DNA of 46,950 bases from Octopus bimaculoides (lineage: Eukaryota), in assembly GCF_001194135.2 (NCBI RefSeq), contig NC_068988.1, forward strand, positions 66,029,400-66,076,349, read 5' to 3'. Below are positions 14,520 through 25,217 of the stretch, piece by piece. Each line of letters opens with the position of its first letter. Positions within the stretch are counted from its first letter, which is position 1. A program made the translations under genes and the position numbers. The notes beneath the pieces were generated by a model, which was not told the DNA's origin, did not search any database, and saw nothing but the letters and a program-made list of their open reading frames with translations.

Positions 14520-14935
14520 GAAATCCCTCGGCTCATCCGGCGATAGAGTGCACAGCTATCCACTTGAACTGATGCGAAGTCTAGGGCTCAGTGAACAACG
14601 ACGTCCCGAACACGTGTTGTGGCCCCGCAATCCCACCGTCCCGGGGTCCCGTCCGACCGAGAAGTATTTAAATGTCGTAAATAACACCTTAAACTGCATC
14701 CGACGGTGGGGAGTTATTACAGGATTTGAGAAGTGTGGAACCACTTCTTAGCCACTATTGTTCCCCAGGCATACTCTGACACGAAGTAATAGCACCTGTT
14801 AGCATCCCAGCTATGGGTTAAGTATCGTGTGTACCACCCTGTTGAAACCCAGGCTAAGATTACTGCAATAACCGTCGGAGACTTGGTCAGCGAATCCTCT
14901 GTGGTGGTTGACAATCAACGGTAAGATAAGATGCT
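14520..14935. repeat. GC-rich island, probably an unclassified interspersed repeat
   Basis: GC content is markedly higher than the flanks. 14670-14830 (ACACCTTAAACTGCATCCGACGGTG...ACTCTGACACGAAGTAATAGCACCTGTTAGCATCCC) resembles a repeat I recall from octopus DNA. The island ends in a short TAAGATAAGAT tail. No convincing ORF. Confidence 0.4.
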
Positions 14936-15463
14936 AAAGATTACACCTTTCCAATGTGCGTATGCATGAGGCCGGGCACTACATGTGAACTTGTTTTGCC
15001 AATGAAAGAAAAAGAAAACAAGCATTTAGCCACAAGTTAGTTTCCGTATGTTAACATATACCTGTTCAAATACTTACTGATATTCTAGTACACAAACGTT
15101 TTCCTCAGCAACATAAAATATTTCAGCTTTTCTCCTCGGATCTGCAGCCAATATTATTAATAACGAACTATACACTCTTCAGCCTTCAACCGTGGATTTA
15201 ACGACAATTTGTGGAACTCTCGAATGGCTAAAGTGTATCAGAAGTTGCTGCAATTATATTACCGAAAGTAATGCAGCTTTTGCATTAATGATATTTCCAT
15301 ATTAACCTTTTTCCATGCAGGACCAAGCAATATCTTTCATAACGGCGTATCTCTCATCACAATTAGTAATTAGAACGACATTTCAGAAGAGAAAATATTA
15401 ACACGAATTCCTATCGAGAATTTATTCATAAATATGTCTTAATCAAATTCACAAATTCCGTAC

Positions 15464-15551
15464 CTGGTCCAGTAAACATGTTCAATAACAAGGTACATAT
15501 AAATAGCATGACAATTAATTGTAGTAATTTATATGATATGAGCAGTAACAT
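15464..15551 (-). CDS. Candidate first coding exon encoding a signal peptide or type II membrane anchor (unidentified gene)
   Basis: ATG at 15551 gives MLLLISYKLLQLIVMLFICTLLLNMFTGP plus a phase-1 G, then the donor GTACGG at 15463. The acceptor TTCCTTTCAACTCAG lies 20 nt upstream of the ATG, with an in-frame TAA between them. No homology recognised, and hydrophobic reads are common on T-rich strands. Confidence 0.3.
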
Positions 15552-16678
15552 ACCGACTTTCTTTTAATCCCCTGAGTTGAAAGGAATGGTTGAAGTCGTT
15601 TATCAAAGTACGTCCAAAATAGTAGTTAAAGTATTATGAGAACCACCGGTGACTTGTGAATCAACACTAGATAAAGTAGCTGCTACCTGGTAATTTCATC
15701 TGCAAGAAATAGTAGCAAAATGATATAGGACATGTACTCCATCGCCACAAAGAAAAAATCGTATTTGAGACACCCTTCTCAAATATGCTGGATAGTCATG
15801 GCTACAAAGCGATTAATCTTATATTTAGTCGAGAAAATCTGATCTAGACTTGAAACAACAGCAACAACAGTAACAACAACATAAGTAATAAGCAGTATAT
15901 ACCAAAACAACACATAAACAAAAATCAACATATGTGGTGAGAGTCTAAACTATCAGACATAATCGGATCTGTATGCCAGACACCAACTTATCCACTAAGA
16001 GATAGATTTCTGCACATCTCAGTATTGATATTGCTTAGAATTACCAATCCATAAATGTTCATTCTTATATGAAGATGTAAACGTTCAATACTTTTATTCT
16101 TTTCTTTATTCAATATTGAAGCGGTATTCCTCTAACATATTTGCATATATCTAAGTATCTAATCCAAATGCTTCTTATAAACTTCAAGATTATATTATTG
16201 TCATAATGTTATTTTTGATTTGCTGCCTATAAAAACGGCCCTCAAGAAACTGGGTTCCTTACCATCTTCCGATATATATTGGCAACTTTTAATTACACAT
16301 ACAAGTAATTATTTTGCTGAAGTTTATAGAGCATTGAAGTAGCCTTATGCATTATTGGGTATTTATGTATTATCGAACTGGCAGCGATGGAGAGGAAAGG
16401 AAGAGAACTAGTTAATGTTATTGAAAGATTTCTTACTTTCTCCTGTAACTGCATCTAATAATATACAGAATACAGAAATGACATCCACACAATATCCACC
16501 AAACTGTAAACATGCACATGCATACAGACAGATATATACGTGTGCGTGTATGTGTGTGCGTGTGTATAGATATATATATTCATGTGTTAATTTACATACA
16601 CAGAAATATATATTTATGTCTCCACGTGGAAAGATACACACACACGCTCACACACAAATACATACATATACACATACA

Positions 16679-16810
<132 letters not shown>

Positions 16811-17569
16811 TACACATACGAATTTGTATTTTGTGTGTGTGTGTTTGCATCTGTATTCCTCTTGATGTGTGTGTGTGCGTGCATGTATGTGAGTGTTTCT
16901 CTGTTTATAAATATAGAATTATATCGCAAGATGTAATTTAAGACAGAAATAGCTCTTGAGACGAAATCCTACAATGATTTCCATGTATGGATTCTTAAAT
17001 CAATCACGGGACAACTTAGCAATATAGAGAATAATAGAGGAAACCAATAAACATTGTCAGAACGTCAGGATTTCACATTGACGTAACGACATGTAATGTT
17101 GATGGAAATCTAGAATTTACGACCAACGATGAAATCAACTGTAGCTTTTTATTTTTATATTACATTATAGCTTATGCTATTCTGTATTGACATGCTTGCC
17201 TGCTTGTCGGTATAATATTGACCGATGGTTATTGCTTTCACGTAGTTAATAATTTATGTGCTTAAAGAAGACTGCATGAGAGCTTTGTTAATTGTTTATC
17301 AAATCCAAATGGGATAAATTGAAAAGTTGTCTGTAAGTAGAATATCAACGATGAACATAAGGGGAGCGTAATATGAGCTATTAGAGCTACCGGGTAGCCT
17401 GTAAGAGGTGAACCAAACTATATAAAATCCTCTTGAAATTACTAATTTCTTACACGAAAAATATAGTTGGAAATGTGGTTCAAGTTATATTAAGAGATAT
17501 GGGCTTTGAAATGATCTTGAAAAAATGTCTCCTTCAACTAACGTGGACTGGTGCTAAATTTAATATTTC

Positions 17570-17905
17570 AGATTTTGGCACAAGGACTGCAATTTCAGGG
17601 AGCTCAACCGGTACTTATTTTAATAACCCCATGAGGAGGAAAAACAAAGTCGACGTCAACCACTGCGGAATTTGTACTCGGAACATTATAAATCGCAGTT
17701 TTTTTTTTGGGGGGGGGGGCGATACGCTAGCGAATCTGCCGGCTTACTGATGTCCAGCAGCTAATTATAATTGTTTCTTCTAAAGGCAAAGTGTCTCAAA
17801 TTTTGATGAGAGGCCTCTAGTTACTTACATCCGTCCCAGTGCTCAACTGTCACTTATTTTATCGAACCTGAAAGGATGAAAGACGAAGTCGACATCAGAA
17901 CTTAA
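17570..17905 (-). mobile_element. Two adjacent decayed family A SINE copies
   Basis: Both 17570-17750 (TTTTGGCACAAGG...GGTACTTATTTT...AAAGTCGAC) and 17775-17905 (CCCAGTGCTCAACTG.CACTTATTTTATCGAACCTGAAAGGATGAAAG..GAAGTCGAC) match the reverse complement of the family A body. Confidence 0.7.
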
Positions 17906-18029
17906 TGATGAAGTGCCGGTAGTCAAGCCTTTTGGTGAGGACAAATATAAATACATGCACACAGACTCACACTTATTCATACATATCACATATTCATATA
18001 CACATACATGTATGCATATATGACAGGAT

Positions 18030-18140
18030 TCCAGTCAATATCTGTCTATCAAATTTGCAATACAGAAGACATTTGATGGCGTTACGCAGTGAAACTGAAC
18101 TCGAAAGCACGTGGTTCTGAAGCAACCTTCGTTATCACAC
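18030..18140 (-). mobile_element. Decayed family B SINE 5' fragment
   Basis: TTCCAGTCAATATCTGTCTATCAAATT...GTTACGCAGTGAAACTGAACTCGAAAGCACGTGGTT resembles the reverse complement of the family B head at 24797-24940. Confidence 0.5.
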
Positions 18141-18293
18141 AAATATGGACTATGTAGAATGTCATATTTACGGGCTATATATGCAGTGTTGAAAATAATT
18201 CAGCCAGTAGAACTCCGTTATTTGTATTTTATGCTTTAGTACTTCTATTAATATTTCTAATAATGCATTAGATTTCAATATCAGAAATGAAGT

Positions 18294-18378
<85 letters not shown>

Positions 18379-19364
18379 GTAATCCATATTTGCGTGATCG
18401 TTATTTTCACGGTGCAGTTTCACCAGCATTTTAAGAGAATNNNNNNNNNNNNNNNNNNNNNNNNNNNNNNNNNNNNNNNNNNNNNNNNNNNNNNNNNNNN
18501 NNNNNNNNNNNNNNNNNNNNNNNNNNNNNNNNNNNNNNNNNNNNNNNNNNNNNNNNNNNNNNNNNNNNNNNNNNNNNNNNNNNNNNNNNNNNNNNNNNNN
18601 NNNNNNNNNNNNNNNNNNNNNNNNNNNNNNNNNNNNNNNNNNNNNNNNNNNNNNNNNNNNNNNNNNNNNNNNNNNNNNNNNNNNNNNNNNNNNNNNNNNN
18701 NNNNNNNNNNNNNNNNNNNNNNNNNNNNNNNNNNNNNNNNNNNNNNNNNNNNNNNNNNNNNNNNNNNNNNNNNNNNNNNNNNNNNNNNNNNNNNNNNNNN
18801 NNNNNNNNNNNNNNNNNNNNNNNNNNNNNNNNNNNNNNNNNNNNNNNNNNNNNNNNNNNNNNNNNNNNNNNNNNNNNNNNNNNNNNNNNNNNNNNNNNNN
18901 NNNNNNNNNNNNNNNNNNNNNNNNNNNNNNNNNNNNNNNNNNNNNNNNNNNNNNNNNNNNNNNNNNNNNNNNNNNNNNNNNNNNNNNNNNNNNNNNNNNN
19001 NNNNNNNNNNNNNNNNNNNNNNNNNNNNNNNNNNNNNNNNNNNNNNNNNNNNNNNNNNNNNNNNNNNNNNNNNNNNNNNNNNNNNNNNNNNNNNNNNNNN
19101 NNNNNNNNNNNNNNNNNNNNNNNNNNNNNNNNNNNNNNNNNNNNNNNNNNNNNNNNNNNNNNNNNNNNNNNNNNNNNNNNNNNNNNNNNNNNNNNNNNNN
19201 NNNNNNNNNNNNNNNNNNNNNNNNNNNNNNNNNNNNNNNNNNNNNNNNNNNNNNNNNNNNNNNNNNNNNNNNNNNNNNNNNNNNNNNNNNNNNNNNNNNN
19301 NNNNNNNNNNNNNNNNNNNNNNNNNNNNNNNNNNNNNNNNNNNNNNNNNNNNNNNNNNNNNNNN

Positions 19365-19398
<34 letters not shown>

Positions 19399-19409
19399 TT
19401 AGAGAGAGA

Positions 19410-19663
19410 GAATTTACAAAATACAAAACACAAAAGACGAAGACGGGTGTGTAAAAATAAATAGATGTATTAGTTTATTAGTTTAACGCTCGGGCAGTGA
19501 GAAAGTCTTTTACGTTTCGAGCCTACGCTCTTCGACAGAAATGAAGACAGAGAGCGAAAATAATATATATATATATGTATATATATACACGGGAAAAATA
19601 TATATATATATTATTTTCTCTCTCTGTCTTCATTTCTGTCGAAGAGCGTAGGCTCGAAACGTA
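19410..19663. mobile_element. Penelope-like pseudo-LTR in inverted (head-to-head) arrangement with hammerhead-like motifs
   Basis: Arms 19511-19576 and 19598-19663 are ~65-bp reverse complements with about one mismatch. Each carries CTGTCGA-A-GAGC-GTAG-GCTC-GAAAC-GTA. The left copy continues to ~19410. Confidence 0.7.
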
Positions 19664-20560
19664 TAAAGTTACATGCATGTTTGAGTATGTACATACACTT
19701 TTACTCCTAGATATGCAATATTATGGTTACATTATCCAGGACCAGGAGCCCAGTGACCGTATGTTCAGGGACTAGGTGGGTGAAAAAGCAAGCTTGCCTG
19801 TGACAAAGACGAAAAGGAGCTAGTCAGGTTGAACCTGGCAGACTAGAAAGTTGCATGAAAGAGTTTTTTGTTGATGTAATTGAATGACTTCTATAAGGAT
19901 GGGCTGAACAAAACGAATGAATATCGAATACATCTATATAAGGAATGAATAGCTATATCCTCTCTGCAGTATAACTTCTATGACATCTAATTGTTTTAGT
20001 TACTGTTATTTGGTTCTTTAGCAGGTGTTGTTTACTAGCTATAAATAATTGTAGGTGACTAAAGTTGAAGTACATAGTGATCAGAACGTACAATATATTC
20101 ACTAATAAAATATTTTGACAGATAATTCATTCTATCAAATTGTTTATATTCAATACCTATTGCTCGGTTTTATCTAAAATTTCATCCCATCCACACATAC
20201 ACGTTTATATTTATGTATGTATGCATGAAAATTCTAATATTTCAGTTACAACACGCCAAATTAACCTAGAAGAGAAATTAATTATCGGAGATGTTATCAA
20301 TATCGCTTGGTTCACACTTTCAAAATGAGCGGTCTACGACAGGAAAACGATCAGCAGAGAATTGGCAGCGATAAATACGGAAATAATGGAAAAATAACAA
20401 TGCAGGACTGTTTATTAAACTAAAACCCAATATATTTAATATATTTATATCGTAGCAATCTATGTATAATATCGATACATACTATATAACAAACATTACA
20501 CATACACTTACACCCACCCACACCAACCTACGCACACCCACCCACGCACATCCACCCACG

Positions 20561-20615
<55 letters not shown>

Positions 20616-21004
20616 ATATATATATATATATAGAGAGNNNNNNNNNNNNNNNNNNNNNNNNNNNNNNNNNNNNNNNNNNNNNNNNNNNNNNNNNNNNNNN
20701 NNNNNNNNNNNNNNNNNNNNNNNNNNNNNNNNNNNNNNNNNNNNNNNNNNNNNNNNNNNNNNNNNNNNNNNNNNNNNNNNNNNNNNNNNNNNNNNNNNNN
20801 NNNNNNNNNNNNNNNNNNNNNNNNNNNNNNNNNNNNNNNNNNNNNNNNNNNNNNNNNNNNNNNNNNNNNNNNNNNNNNNNNNNNNNNNNNNNNNNNNNNN
20901 NNNNATATATATATATATATATATATATATACGGGGAAAGAGAGAGAGAGAGCCGGAGAGAAAGAGACTAAGCTCTTAACGTCAAGTTATACGCTGATGT
21001 TTCC

Positions 21005-21298
21005 TTAGCAAACAGTAAATCTGCTTAAAGTAATAATGTAAGTTTTGTTTTTAAACCTTGTACATTGTGGTAGGTAGAGGAAAACTGAATTGAAGCCACA
21101 TGGGGTGTACCTGTACAATACAATAGTCCTATCACTTTGTGTGACGTTGAACTTGTTTGAGTTTACGTTAAGAATACAATCATCAGAAGAATATTCTGCT
21201 CCTGAGTAGTCTACAAGAAGTGTTGACAGTGTATGAAAATCCAGCGCAAGGCTGGTCACCTCACCCAATGTAACTGACCCTGTTTGAGTCAATTTCAA
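21005..21298 (-). CDS. Candidate terminal coding exon or orphan ORF in unique sequence
   Basis: 97 codons without a stop in non-repetitive AT-rich DNA, with protein-like composition (3 Cys, NVT and NKT sequons). There is no ATG and only a weak acceptor (AAACAG at ~21280). Confidence 0.22.
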   Translation of the reverse strand: MKLTQTGSVTLGEVTSLALDFHTLSTLLVDYSGAEYSSDDCILNVNSNKFNVTQSDRTIVLYRYTPCGFNSVFLYLPQCTRFKNKTYIITLSRFTVC

Positions 21299-22621
21299 TA
21301 TTAAAAATTAAATATTTACTTCGTTGAATAGTTTGAATCTTTTATTTAATAGTAGACCTAGATATATTACTGCCCTTTGTACATAATGCAGCATCAATAA
21401 CGAAATGCCTACTTCAGAGAATTTAATAGACTGAGCTCCCTTAAATAGTCCCTAAAACATCACAAACAGGACAACTTATTCATAAACATCGAAACAATCT
21501 AGCCCTTCATGTTATTCATATTAATATTTGTTTTGCAAACTTATTTATATAAGCTAAGTTGAATTAGAATACAGTTCTAAAACTGTTGGATCATTTACTT
21601 TCTCCTATAGCACAAATATTTTGTTTGGCATTTTTTGTCAAAAGTACTCTGATACAAATATAGAAAACTATATCAAAATTCATTAGAACGGAAATAAATA
21701 CATGTTCATCGGTAGTGAGTCTACAATTTTGGAAAACATCGAAATAAAGTGTCGTCACATGGGACAATAAATGAGGTTTTTCTTTCTTTATTTTCCCAGC
21801 CTCATAAATATTTCATACACCACTGCCTATAGCAATATTCTGTATAAATAGACAGATCTGTAACTATTTTTATGAGGTTTTAAACAGATTCATATAAACT
21901 AAACTTGAAGTTGCAATACAAATTCAAAGTGAAGTGTATGTGTTATTTCTTGAATCAGTTTAATTCGTTATGGATGGTAGAATTATCTACAAGAACTACT
22001 ACTGCAATGCTAATCTAATTACCAAACATAATAAGTCCTGATTTTAATACTATAAACGATAATTAAAATACAGACCAAGCATAAATAAAAATTTATTTTA
22101 CACGAAAATATTCCACCTACTTAAAGACATGCATCAATATAATATATCCATAAAAAAGAGATTAAAATTTAATGTATTTACAAAGTGTTTATCTATTCAA
22201 ACATATCTTTTGGTTGGTATTATTGTTATTTTAAAAGTATTTAATATCTATGATGTTCATTTGGAATTGAAGAATGAATCAGATAATCGGAAACATTAGA
22301 TTTGATTTTTAAATAAATACGGTGTTAAATTAAATATGTTAAATGGCAATAAATAAATGTAGTAAATATTTGGTTGATACTTCATTGTAATGGGTTCAGC
22401 TAAAATATATTCAGGTGTTGATTATGATGTCTTACACAGTATCTTGGAAAAGAAGATATGTTTGTTACATTATATATTAATGTCTATTATGTGTTTCTCT
22501 GAAATGAAAATACTGTTTATCGTTATTACATTGTGTATGAAAGTCCAGTAAGATAACTAGATCTACTATTAAGTAAAGTATTGTAGATGTAATACGGACT
22601 AAATATTTATTTATTAATATT

Positions 22622-22750
22622 CATTTCAAATTTTGGTACAAGGCCAGGAATTCTGAGGGAGAGAGCTAGTCGATTACATCAACCACAGCGCTCAACTGGT
22701 ACTTATTTTAGCGACCCCGAAAGGATGAAAGGCAAAGTCGACTCCGACAA
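22622..22750 (-). mobile_element. 5'-truncated family A SINE with a 13-bp flanking direct repeat
   Basis: Reverse complement of the family A 3' half. ATTTATTAATATT occurs at 22609-22621 and 22759-22771. Confidence 0.8.
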
Positions 22751-22782
22751 CATTATTCATTTATTAATATTGATAATTAACA

Positions 22783-22996
22783 AGGCGTTGAGCTATCAGA
22801 AACATTAGCAGACCAGGCGAAATGCTTAGCGGTATTTCGTCTGTCCTTACGTTCTGAGTTCAAATTCCGACGAGGTTGACTTTGCCATTCATCCTTTTGG
22901 GATCGATAAATTAAGCGCCATTTGCGCGTACTGGAGTCGATCTAATCGAATTGCCCCGTCCCCCAAAATTCCGGGCCTTGTATCTAGAGTAAAAAG
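22783..22996 (+). mobile_element. Full-length family A SINE with a 16-bp flanking direct repeat
   Basis: Head GGCGTTGAGCTATCAGAAACATTAGCAGACCAGGCGAAATGCTTAGC, B-box GAGTTCAAATTCC. AATATTGATAATTAAC occurs at 22766-22781 and 22997-23012. Confidence 0.85.
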
Positions 22997-23482
22997 AATA
23001 TTGATAATTAACGACAAATTGCGTGGGGTTCCCGATTTCAATGCATACGAAACAAACTGCTGATTGCCACGAATCATCAATATTTAAAAACAACGTTCTA
23101 TACTTTTTAATATCTTGTTTTATCTTCATCACTTGTTCAGCCAATTGTGACAAAATCCTTAAATTATGAGTGCAATACGTCGGTACACACCATTTATTGG
23201 TACCTTTAACAGGGTAGCACAGATCGATAAATCAATTTACTCGAGGAGTGAAGATTTTAAACTTAAGATCAACATATAGAACTCTACTATTTTTAATGCG
23301 GCTAAAACAGATCTTATCACCTCAAACAAAAAGAACGGATGGTCACGATAAGAATGTTTTTGAACGGTGTTCTACTCGACCAGTACTGATCTGGTATCGA
23401 AGCTACCTGACTTATATTTGTTATTGAAATATACATACATCAGACATTCTTTTGTTCTGTCTACATGTCCGTCCGGTGATTA

Positions 23483-23706
23483 GGGGGGGGGGCGAGGGGG
23501 GTTGTACAGCACAGATACAAAGATACACACACACATATATATGTCGGGATACTTCTAGTTTCCATCTACGAAGTCCACTTACAAAGATTTGGCTGGCTCG
23601 GGTCTGTAGTAGAAAACACTTGCCCAAAGTGCTACGCAGTGGGACCGAACCCGAAACCATGTGGGTGGGAAACAAGCTTCATACCACACAGCCACGTACG
23701 CGCCTA
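23483..23706 (-). mobile_element. Family B (CORE-like) SINE 5' half, variant subfamily
   Basis: The reverse complement has the tRNA-like head AGGCGCGTACGTGGCTGTGTGGTATGAAGC...GGTTTCGGGTTCGGTCCC and the CORE-like GCACTTTGGGCAAGTGTTTTCTACTAC. Confidence 0.85.
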
Positions 23707-24030
23707 TTTATAGTTACATCTCCAGTAACTTTGTACTCAAATACCTATGTGTAGTAAGCTCATTCGCAACTCAAATTTGAGAAATACTGCTTCTGTATTG
23801 CATTAAGTCTGCACACCAAGTTTGGAAAAACTTGGTTAGGCATTATGAACCCCACTAGAATGTTGCATGATTTGGATCAAAGGTAGTGTTAGATTTCTCC
23901 AGTTGGTGGTGGTTGTGGGGAAAGTTTTTTTTTTTTTAAATAGAATAAAGGTTATTTTCCCTACTTATATGTGATTGTTCATCGACTTTTGATACAGGAA
24001 ATTGTTTACTTCCAAAAAGATCAAAACCTA

Positions 24031-24061
<31 letters not shown>

Positions 24062-24065
24062 AACA

Positions 24066-24131
<66 letters not shown>

Positions 24132-24149
24132 AAGAGGGAGGCTAAGTCC

Positions 24150-24370
24150 ACGAGCAGGTAGTAACAGTAGTGGGTCGGATGTAATGCTTGATGGCATTTC
24201 ATGCAGTTCTTTACGTTCTGGGTGCAAATTCCGTCGAGGTTGATTTTGTCTTTTATTTATTCTTTCGGTGTCGATTAAATAGGTAAGTGTTAAACATTGG
24301 GGACGATGTAATCAGCTTGATTTCTTTCTTGAAGTTACTGACCTTGTGCCAAAGATTGAAACCATTATAT
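24150..24370 (+). mobile_element. Decayed family A SINE
   Basis: TTTACGTTCTGGGTGCAAATTCCGTCGAGGTTGATTTTGTC...CCTTGTGCCAAAGATTGAAACCATTAT matches the family A body and 3' end. Confidence 0.7.
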
Positions 24371-24592
24371 ATAAACACTGACAAAAACAGATTATTTGCT
24401 CGTGTCTTGATTTAAATCTGAATGGACTATTCCAACCTTGAAATCGCAAAGAGATACATTTTACGATTGTATAGAACATTCATAATTGAATTGGGTCATT
24501 CTTTTGTCAGTTTGTAATGATTAGATCAAATTATAAGATGTTTTCGATAAAATTCCAACAAAAAATAGTATATATATATATATGTGTGTGCG

Positions 24593-24656
<64 letters not shown>

Positions 24657-24796
24657 TGTGTGCGTGTGGGTACACACACGCGCATATAACGTATGTAATC
24701 AAATATGAGTTGAAAATGCACAATTTTATTGAGAAGAATGCAGAAAGCTAATCATCAATGCGGTGATGCTTAGTCATAGAGTTCTTCAGAAAAATA

Positions 24797-25217
24797 TGTG
24801 GTAAGTAGCTTGCTTACCAACCACATGGTTCCGGGTTCAGTTCCACTGCGTGGCACCTTGGGCAAGTGTCTTCAACTATAGCCTCGGGCCGACCAAAGCC
24901 TTGTGAGTGGATTTGGTAGACGGAAACTGAAAGAAGCCCGTCGTATATATGTATATATACATATATTGTGTGTGTGTTTGTGTGTCTGTGTGTGTGTGTC
25001 TGTGTTTGTGTGTCTGTGTTTGTACCTCCAACATCGCTTGACAACCGATGCTGGTGTGTTTTCGTCCCCGTAACTTAGCGGTTCGGAAAAGAGACCGATA
25101 GCATAAGTACTAGGCTTACAAAGAATAAGTCATGGGGTCGATTTGCTCGACTAAAGGCGGTGCTCCAGCGTGGCCTCAGTCAAATGACTGAAACAAGTAA
25201 AAGTAAAAGTAAAAGTA
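24797..25217 (+). mobile_element. Near-intact family B tRNA-derived CORE-like SINE
   Basis: tRNA-like head (GGTTCCGGGTTCAGTTCC B-box), CORE-like GCACCTTGGGCAAGTGTCTTC, internal TA/TG microsatellite, 3' domain ending GACTGAAACAA(GTAAAA)3. It has no obvious deletions relative to the other copies here. Confidence 0.9.

Noticed and set aside
14632-14710. 9-bp inverted repeat CCCACCGTC / GACGGTGGG
   Set aside because: Too short with a 61-nt loop; expected by chance somewhere in 47 kb.
14374-14751. 125-aa plus ORF over the GC-rich island
   Set aside because: A low-complexity Tyr/Ile start runs into a probable repeat, and open frames are expected in GC-rich DNA.
17433-17750. 105-aa plus ORF
   Set aside because: More than half is antisense family A SINE, and no domain is recognisable.
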